A DNA stretch of 64,000 nucleotides from the NCBI RefSeq assembly GCF_009914755.1, contig NC_060926.1; one strand, given 5' to 3'. The translations under genes were made by a program, and so were the position numbers. Shown in pieces: positions 53,580 to 64,000 of this stretch. This DNA is from the human T2T-CHM13v2.0 reference genome, Homo sapiens. How positions within the stretch are numbered: the stretch's first letter is position 1; each line of letters starts with the position of its first letter. The notes under the pieces are model-generated. The model was not told where the DNA came from. It saw nothing but the letters and a program-made list of their open reading frames with translations, and searched no databases.

Positions 53580-53779
53580 GGCTGGACGTGGTGGTTCATG
53601 CCTGTAATCCTAACACTTTGGGAGGCTGAAACGGGTGGATCACTTGAGGTCAGGAGTTTGAGACCAGCCTGGCCATCATGGTGAAACCCCACCTCCACTA
53701 AAAATACAAAAATTAGCTGGGTGTGGTGGCTCGCACCTGTAATCCCAGCTACTCAGGAGGCTGAGGCAGGAGAATCACT
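53580..53779 (+). mobile_element. 3'-truncated Alu directly after the TMSB4 retrocopy
   Basis: The Alu ends abruptly at gagaatcact with no tail. Confidence 0.9.
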
Positions 53780-54759
53780 GTTCACATTAAATTATTGTAT
53801 TTTCATCATTGCTATAGCAGTTAATCTTATTAAATAAAACATAGCAATTTAAATGCACTAAAGTCTTAAGACTTTTCCAGTTAAAGTTTGTTGAGCATGT
53901 AGAAATTACTTAGTATCTTAGAGTTCTAGGTGCAAAATATACTTTTTAATATCATTATTTTGGGAGGTTAGTCTTTCTACTCCCTACTCTCCTCTCTACC
54001 AGCCTCATCCAGAGAAATAACTCTCTCAAGGTACTGATAAGAGATGCCACAGTCAGGCTAGTCAATGGAGTGAAAGATGTCACTGCCAGATCCCCTGTAT
54101 AGTGGCACAGACTCCTGGAATTGAAACGGAGCTAGCTTAAGGAGTCATTTAATCCAGACCTCTTTCTTCCTGCAAGGGGTCTGCCTGAAATGTCTAAGAC
54201 AGATGGTTTGTCCTTAAAATTCACTAGGGACGGAGATTCTACAATATTACTCTGGAGTCTTTTCTAATGTTTAATCACTATTACTGTCAGGTCGGTTTAA
54301 GCTCTTTCCTGCTAGTTTTTCCTCTGCAGACATGGAAAACGGTTGAACACCAACCTCTTTATAATCACCTTGCCAATACGCAAAAACAGTTACCATGGTG
54401 CCCTTCGGCCTTGTTTTTTCAAAAGCATGTAATTTATCTCCTCTCCATTTTTAACACATCAATATTTTATCTCATTAATCATTTGGGTTAATTTTAATTA
54501 AACTCTTTCCATTTGTTATATATCACTTCTAATGTGGCATTACAGTAAGTTCTTAAATTGTAATGTGTTTTATTTTTAATTATTATAGGGTTAGGTAGAA
54601 CAATACAAGTACTTATTGAGTTTGTTGTACCAGCAAGAAAAGGATAGGCAAATCTCTTGCTCCCACATAGTGTATATTCTAGTAGGAGAAATAAACAATA
54701 AAAACTATAAAAATTGATCTATAATATCATATAATGTTATGATAAGAATAAAACATCTT

Positions 54760-55611
54760 GTATTAACTAGAAAAATGCTAGGCTGCTATGATAGAGACCC
54801 AAAAATAATGCAGTTGTTTGAAAAAGAAGTTTGTTTCTCTTACTTAACAGTCCAAGGTAAATGTTCTGGATCATCAAGAAACTGCTCTATGAAGTCATTT
54901 GGGGACTCCAGTACTTCTATTATGCTGCATTACCATTCCTAAGATCATTATCATTAGCTCTATACTATAAGCTGAGTCACCCTGAGTTTCAGCCAGCAGG
55001 GAGGAGAAAGACAGAATGGATGAGGCTACCCTAGATTCAGAGGTGGCACACATCAGTACCCCCGCATTCTGCAAGAAAACATAATTTCATGGCCACACTT
55101 GGCAAGGAGGCTGGGAAATGCATGCAATCTAACCACATGCCCAGGAAGTAGAGAATGTATGTAGGGGGAACAGATAGAGTGTTGCAAACACTGTCAATAT
55201 TTCTCCCCAGTATCTTAAGATCCCCTTTTACCTATTTGTGTGTTTCTGCTTCCAACAACAAACCCCAGGCTGTTTTTCAGAAGACACTGGATCCCACTTG
55301 GCCAACATCAGAACATGCCTGGGAATTTACTTTCCCCCATTCCACAATGCCCCCAAGGGGACTGGTTGGCGCAGAACTATGAAAGACCAGCTCCCTTCCC
55401 CTCCAGTCAGGACAACTCAGGCATAACTTACCTTTCAGAGCTCCCCTTCAGACACAGGCTGAAGCAGCCCTCTGTGGGGTTAGCCTCGCTTGGCTCTCTT
55501 TCTGTCCTGCTTTCCCCACTCCCTTATTGGTTTCTCCCAGGAGTGCTTTCCTAATAAATCACACACGAATCCTCATCTAAGGGCCTGCTTCTAGGAAACC
55601 CAATCTAAGGC
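54760..55611. mobile_element. Old MaLR/ERVL LTR remnants (MLT1-like, then LTR16-like ~55180-55611)
   Basis: LTR16-like end ttcctaataaatcac...aatcctcatctaagggcctgcttctaggaaacccaatctaag. Confidence 0.55.
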
Positions 55612-55710
55612 ATGGGATAAAGGGTTAAAGTGTGATAGAAGGTGCTGGATCATTTTTAGTGGCTTCCCACATATTATCAAAAGGAGCATTTGGACAAGTA
55701 TGAATGACTT

Positions 55711-56294
<584 letters not shown>

Positions 56295-56439
56295 ACTTAG
56301 CTCATAGATGTCACCACTACTACGGAAAAAAGAAAACTCTAAAATATGTGTTTTAATTGTTTTGCAAGGGTCACATTCACATACACAAACTTAACTTTTG
56401 CAATGTGGATATCTACAACCTGCTCAAAAAGTGAATGCA

Positions 56440-56922
56440 GTGGATCTGCAGTTGTGGAGAGCGAGCACCACCGCAATAATGGGCCACGAGTTTGGAAATC
56501 TGAGGTGGATGCAAGATGCAGTTACCTATAGCTCGTGGCCCTCAGGCACTGGCCTCCCCACACTACTTCAGCAACGATATCCCCAACAGGCTGCACAATA
56601 ATACTCAGGCACCTTTCCTTTGCATGAAGCCACCATTTGCAATGTTTTATCTCGTCTACACACAGGAGAACTGTGTAGGAGTCTGAGAAATCCAAGAATA
56701 ACCCAGCTGCCTATGTTTTATCTCGTCTACACACAGGAGAACTGGGAGTCTGAGAAATCCAAGAATAACCCAGCTGCCTATGAAAATGGCAAATGAGCAA
56801 CTCATCTGGATGACTCATTTGGTTCCCGGTCTCTGAAAGACCCTTCTCTGGGATAGGAGTCTTCATTGTAGTGTCTTCAAGACACGATAAATTTATGGAC
56901 TGCACTGTTGTGGTTTTTTTTT
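56440..56922 (+). pseudogene. UQCRQ processed pseudogene with internal tandem duplication
   Basis: ATG at 56479 gives MGHEFGNLRWMQDAVTYSSWP (UQCRQ [21 protein letters not shown]). Later blocks read PHYFSNDIPN, PPFAMFYLVYT and EKSKNNPAAYENGK* (TGA 56794-56796). UQCRQ-like 3' UTR; flanking TSD AAGTGAATGCA at 56429-56439 and 56923-56933. Confidence 0.9.
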
Positions 56923-57015
56923 AAGTGAATGCACCTGCTTTTTATGTTATCAAATTAGGCTTCACAAACGTAGTATCTTCCAATTTGATATTTGACAATG
57001 ACGAGAATGCAGTTA

Positions 57016-57616
<601 letters not shown>

Positions 57617-58633
57617 CTAACTAATAAATTAATGTAGTTTTATGTTACATATTTTTTACAGTAGGATTGAAATATGTAAATATTAGACTCATTTATGTGC
57701 TGCAGAATCATTTGGTTTACATGAGTAATTGATTCAGTAAGAGAATTTTTCAAAATAGGTTTCCAATTTAAAGTATCACCTTTGACGAACACACATCAGG
57801 AAATATATATGCTACTTAAAGTAAAATTAACTTGCATTGAGATTGTCTTATTCAAATTTTACTCTCTCAGAGCTCTGTAGACTTTTTTGTGGCTCCGATC
57901 ACAGTTTAAATTGTACATTTATTTTTATGATCATTTAGTTAATGTCTGTCTTCATCACTCAGCTGTGGATCTACGAGTGCTGTTTTTGATCACCAGCAGT
58001 ACATACAGTGCCTGACACATAGTAGGTATTCAAAAAGAATTTGTTGGCTGAGAAAAATTAATGAATATCTAAATATAAAAATACATATATTAATTCTCAA
58101 AATAATCTTTACCAAGTATGTGGTATAAGTATTATTACTACTCTGTAAATTATAGAAAATGGATAATACAAATGACTCTTGTCCATAGAAATGCAGATGA
58201 TTTTATCCAGTATAACGCAATTGATTATTGCTATCAGGATAGATTAATTCTGCATCAATTTTCAGCATTCCTTATTGCCCCTATGTATGTGGTTCTTTGA
58301 ATTCTTTTTTTAACTACTTATAACATCTTACTGGTTCCCTCATTAATTATGCATTAAAAAGGATTTTTGATATGTGCTAGTTTTATATTTGTATGACAGT
58401 CATGATGTTACCTTCTTTTAGAAAATAACATTTAACAGTTTAACAATACCTTAATACCATCTTAAATAGTGCTAATAGGTTACTGTATGTACACAAAAGT
58501 ATATTGAGAATGAACTACATGAAGAGTACTGTGCTATGCCTGAACATAATGAACAACAATATAGTGATGGAGTCTGGTATATAAACCAATGGCAGGAACT
58601 GAATATCTTTATCACACTTCTTACTAGAATTTA

Positions 58634-58948
58634 GGCCAGATGTGGTGGCTCATGCCTGTAACCCCAGCACTGTGGGGGGGCTAAGGTGGGAGGATGGGAG
58701 GATCACTTGAGCCCAGGAGTTTGAGACCAGCCTGGGCAACAAAGTAAGATCCTGTCTCTACAAAAAATCAAAATACAAAAAATAAAAAAATTAGCCAGGC
58801 ATGGTGCACACGCCTGTGGTTCCAGCTAACAAGAGGCTGAGGCAGGAGGATTGCTTGAGCCCTGGAAGTTGAGGCTACAGTGAGCCATGTTTGTGCCCCT
58901 GCACTCCAGCCTGGGAGACAGAGCAAGACACTGTATCAAAAAAAAAAA
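58634..58948 (+). mobile_element. AluJ-like element
   Basis: ggatcacttgagcccaggagtt and gaggctacagtgagccatg are AluJ-type features. Confidence 0.88.
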
Positions 58949-61900
58949 GAATCTAGTAAAGCTGCAAAGAGATTAGTAAAAGAATTATGCATACATATTT
59001 TGCTTTTCATCATTATTGTTACTTCATACAACCACAAGTTACTAGCACTGCACTGTATCAATGGTACCCCGTGCCAGTTCTCTGGGATTTGCATGTCAGA
59101 GAAATATTTTATCTAAACCATCCATGTGAATATTTCAAAATATTCCAGTTTGCGGTTAAATTCATTCTTTTATTTCATTTTTTCTTTTTCCTTTTGTTGT
59201 TTTTTGTTCCATTTTTCGTACTTTATAAATGAATAATTACTTAAAATTGGAAAAAGAGATATCTCAAGCATTGAAATTTCAACTCCATACATGTTTCAAG
59301 GAGTGCAAAAGGTTATACTTGAGGGGGTACTAAAATTACTTAAGATTTTTTTCAAACGAATGCCAAAAACTGTATCTGCTAATAAGTTTTGCCCAGCTTG
59401 GAAACCAAACTCACCCACAAAGTATGAGAATGCCAGATATACGACAATAAATATTTTTGGCATAGTTTCAAAGCTACATAATGCCAGACATAGACATGTA
59501 AAAGTAATGGCAAGAACTACAAAGATTATAAAAGAAATAAAGTCACAGTTCGTAATTCATATGATTATGTTCAATAGCAGGCTTAGACGGCTATTCACAT
59601 AATAAGATCCACATGTAAAAGCATCAGCTTATTTTACTTGGTAAAAGATAACAAATATTAAAATGGCTTTTAAAAGTAAAATTTTGTTGAGAGCTTGTAA
59701 ATGCATTTTTGCAAGCTCAAGGAGAATAGCTGAAATTGTTTTTTTGTTTCTATTTAGATTTCCAACTTCTGCTTCCCTTTTCGTCACACTCAGAAAAGTT
59801 AAGTAAAAAATGAAAGAAAATACAATCTCAAAGATCAAAACAGCTTTTAAATATTGTCACTATAATCTGTGTATTAAAACTGGAGTGTAGGGGGAAACAC
59901 CATTCCCCCAAAATTAAATAAATTCTGCATTGCATTTAGAGAAAGGATGAGGGAAATACAGCTGTCAGATGTTCAAACCTTGATTTCACTATTGGGCACA
60001 GATTATGGTGCTCAAAGCCAAAGTGAATAAAGCCAAAGCAATTCCCTTGTATCCTCCACTGCAAGGTGAGTATATAAAGCTGGTTTTTAAGAGCAGAGAT
60101 TCTAGCAATATTTTTTGCTCCTAGGAATATTTTATTTTAGACCCAAGAAAATCAAATTAAATAAAGTTTGTGATGGGTTTGATTTTCAAAGATAAAAGAA
60201 ACACATCTTTGTGTTTTCTGTCTGCTTAATTTATGGATTAGAAGTGGTCAACCATCAGGGTGGGCTAATGAAAAGCAAGACTGAGGGGAAAAGCTAGTGG
60301 AAGAAGAATGGAAGAAACTGTAGAATCTGAGATAAACTGTCAGTGCCTCAGGCAAGATAAACCAGAACACCACAGTGCCAAGAACAGCTAGCCTGGGGTT
60401 CAGTTCGTAGTCACAAGCAATACAGTGAATTGCAGTTCATTTTTTTAAAAGAAATTTGACTAACATAGAAAACAATAATTCAGTAGGTGAACTGAAAATA
60501 ATCACATTGTAAGATTTTATATTAAATACAGTGAAATATTTTTGTCCGTACTATAGGTCTATATTGTATTGAATTTTTATTCTGCTGTGAAAATATAACA
60601 AAAGCTTTTGTTCCTTTTCAACCCAATGAAAATTTATAATGTAGGATAATTACATTGCATCTCTTATCTATCAGCTGTTATAAAATAAAACAATAATGTT
60701 TTGCAAGCACATATTTTTTTCCTTAGTTCAAACTTTGCATGAAATTTTTAAGTAGCCCTCTAGCAAAGCACTGTTTGTGTTGAATACATTTGTAATGCAT
60801 TCATGGTGATATACACTTTTCTTAGATATTAGTGAAAATTTTTTGTTACAAAAAGACACTTTTCGATTGAGTTCTGTCCCTATTTACACATGGATCCTTT
60901 TAATGGATGTTGAGAGTCTTGATTTAGAACTTTTAATAGGCTCGTTTACATTTTGCAAATCTCTACCTTTGAAATAAAAAAAAAAAAAAAAAATGCAGTG
61001 ATCCACCCATCTGCAGACAATTAAGACCAGCAGCCAAGTATAAAAGGGTGGAGAACTTTTAATGGGTGTTTATAGATTGGAAGCACCGACCCCCTTTTGA
61101 ATGGAAGAGGCCTAAGAAGAAATAGTAAGTGTTAAGGATAACCATGAAATTCATTTAACCCCCCAAGCAGAAGATCTGTTATCAAAGAATTTGCAGGATT
61201 CTACACCTTCCAACTTAAGGTTCTCAGCTTAAAGTACTTTAAAAAGAAATATCTTATTAGAAGTGTTTTGATTATAATTTCTTAGCTGCTTGAAGGTCAA
61301 AACGCAAGCCAGCAGGAAGACCAATAGTAAGGTATGTGATATAAAAACAAATATTTCCATAAAATCTTTGCCCTAGCAAAAAGAGAAATTCTTAGTAGGT
61401 TCAAGGTGGGAATTTAGGGAATAGTATTTTTTTACAGGAAATACTGGTTAGGCGTTTTATATAGGGGGTTCTGCGTTTGTGAAGGGATAATTTGCTCTAA
61501 AATATGTGGGCAACCAGCCTAAATTCTCTAATTGAGTAGTTTGCTCATAACCCGAGGCCATTAGGTGAATGTAAACTGTTACAGGCTTAGTAAGAAAATA
61601 GTCCCATTAGGATTTTTTCTATTTGTATGTGGTTGCAGGTTAAAGTAACTGTTTCCAAAATCATGGATTAATGAAAAGCTCTTTTTTTCTGAGTTTGCAA
61701 ATACCAGCTTTGAAATGCTCAAACTCAAATTAAGCCAAGGGTTCTTTTTTTTTAACAGTTAAAAAATCTTTTACAAGATCAAGTCTCAACTATAAGTTCC
61801 ATTGTAAGTTATCTAAAAATAAAAATTAGAGATGTTTAATTAAATGGTTGTTAATAATAAATGAAAAACAGCCATATGTTCTTTGAATCTGTCATTCAGG

Positions 61901-64000
61901 TATTTTGCTCATGTCCTAAAATGTCCAGTACTGGCAAATGCCAAAAACTTCGATGCACAGAAAATGAGTATGACTTCTAGAAAATAAAAACTCATGCAGA
62001 AATTCAAGAAATGTTGTGTCCATGTATTTTATTCGGTAATGCTCAGATGCCACACGTGCTGCATGTATGCTCGTATATCTGTAAAGGAGAAGACAACTTT
62101 ATGTGCTGCTGCTTGAATTAAATTCTGAACTTCTCTCTCATAATGGATCTCTTCAGTTAAACAGTCTACTTCCTTTCCTGTTTCCCGATTCCTGTTAACT
62201 CATCACATTGTGCTTCTTACTAAGTATGGCATACTTGCATAGCCCAGAGCAGGACAAGGGAGGAATGCAAAATAGACTGCATAATATTTCTTAAAATCAG
62301 TAGTGACTGTATATGCAGAAGAAATTCAGTCAAGGAGGAAAAATCTGACCAAATATGTCAGGTAAATTTAATAGACATACTCAAAATTAAAGTAATTCAT
62401 GTGTCTTTGTCATGTCTCTATTTCTCCTTTGAAATTGGCTCCAGCACTAGTAAGGTGTGGATGCTAGTATTACATCAAATCTTATTTTAAAAATTGAATT
62501 ACACAAAAACTTTAGCAACTTAATTTTTTAAATATACACTTAGAGCTGAACACGAATCTCTCTCTCACCTGAGAGTGCTAGGTGTTTTCTTCAGCTGTTT
62601 AACTTTTTACTCTGTGACGTTTTCTTTTTTCATTTTAAAATGTCTCATTTCAAAACGTTATAAGATTACAGAAATACCCTAAGTAAATATTTGTCCAACA
62701 ACTTAGCTGAAAAATAAATCAGAATAATATGTGAGAAACTCCTTAAAAAGAGAAAATTTTTTTTAAAATGTTAAAGCAGAATTGTTCTGAAATGACTTAC
62801 AAGAACTGGGGAGAGAAACTTATATACACATTGGAGTACATGAAGAGAGAAGGGATTTTCAAAGAGGCTTGCTCTACAATGAAAGTATGTCTAAATTCCA
62901 CACCTTGAAAGAAGGTAGAAAAGATTTCCAGAACAGCCTGATAATTTTTAATAGCTTTTTAAAAACTTTCTAAAAGATAATCATAAAGATAATTTATTTA
63001 CTATCTTCTTTCAATTGAGATTGAAGATGGAATTCTTGAATCATAAATTTTGGAAGAATTGAAAGATGAGATTTGCTAAAAGAACTGATGATAAAGGAAA
63101 TATAAATTGATTCTGGTAGAAACCAAATGGAGAAAAAGAATTTGTCATCAAAATTGTTCCCTTAATTCCTTATTTTCAAAACTAATAAAATAACACTATA
63201 AAGAGGAAAGGTAGAGATTCATTAGATTCTTTCACGTACCACCTTACCAATATTTGTAATATCAGATATAACTAGGAATTGTATTACAAGAAAAATGAAA
63301 ATGGATGTTTCTATAGAGAATAATTATGCTTGAAATGACCAAAGACACAATAAAATTATAATGATAAAAGTTTTTAAATCCATTCATGTAAACATACCAT
63401 TAGAAACTATCTGCATATAATGAGGCTTCAAAAGGATCCTAGATGGTTTCTCAGAAGGTTTACAGGTGAAATTTTAAAAGAATAAAGGTCCCATCCCTCT
63501 TATATTCCATCTTGCATGTACAGTAACTTTAATAAATTTTTTTAGATGAATGAGAAAGAAGAAAAGCAAACTGGTCATGATACAATATCTATCTTGTGAG
63601 AAATAAAATATTACAAGTCTAAATATTTGTTCTTACTAAAATATGACTTAAAATAGGTTTTCCTGGTAGATAACTGTTGAAGTTAGGTGAAAGTGTTTCA
63701 TTATAGCATTCTGTTTTGTATATGTTTAAAATTTTCCATGATAAAAAGTTTAAATGATAAAAAAGCAGATTCCTCAAGATTTGGAGGTAGATAAATTGGC
63801 ATTTGCAAAGTTTGTTTCTATTTAGGAATAAAAACTTGGAGAATCATTGCGGAATTTCTTCTCTGGGAAGGATTTACTGGGGGAAGGGATACTAAAGTGG
63901 CATCTGCTCTGTCTAGTGATAATAAAATAAGAAGGTACAATGAGGCAGAAAGGGAAGCCAGAAGGGAGGGGCAGGATAGCAGTTTTAAGCATGGTGGCTA

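Noticed and set aside
56398-56601. 67-aa ORF containing MGHEFGNL
   Set aside because: It is part of the frameshifted UQCRQ pseudogene, not an intact gene.
56642-56779. Direct repeats considered as an array or CRISPR-like structure
   Set aside because: Only two adjacent copies with no spacers, in eukaryotic DNA; a simple tandem duplication.
59291-59602. 103-aa non-repeat ORF
   Set aside because: No recognisable homology, promoter or splice context; the region looks regulatory rather than coding.

Overview
Primate (very likely human) AT-rich genomic DNA, dense in Alu, L1, L2, LTR and DNA-transposon relics. It holds the 5' half of LNPK (Lunapark/KIAA1715) on the minus strand: a CpG-island first exon near 38.3 kb and seven coding exons (31696 down to 498). 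These splice with GT-AG boundaries into MGGLFSRWRTKPSTVEVLESIDKEIQALEEF...ECEPPSAGAAVTARPGQ (493 nt, about 164 codons); the gene continues off the left edge. From established knowledge, LNPK lies next to EVX2/HOXD on 2q31, so the right-hand 25 kb is LNPK-EVX2 intergenic regulatory territory. Three retrocopies are readable (RPS24 fragment, TMSB4X, UQCRQ), plus a near-complete Cheshire/MER58 hAT fossil. Almost all ORF-track entries are repeat-derived noise. I see no new multi-gene system. The most interesting signals are compact regulatory ones: a 5-nt tandem donor that swaps LNPK N-termini between reading frames, an in-frame uORF, a full CTCF motif inside a coding exon, a palindrome encoding a 5' splice site on both strands, a candidate poison exon, and several template-switch scars. 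Repeat subfamily names come from recalled consensus sequences and need RepeatMasker/Dfam confirmation.
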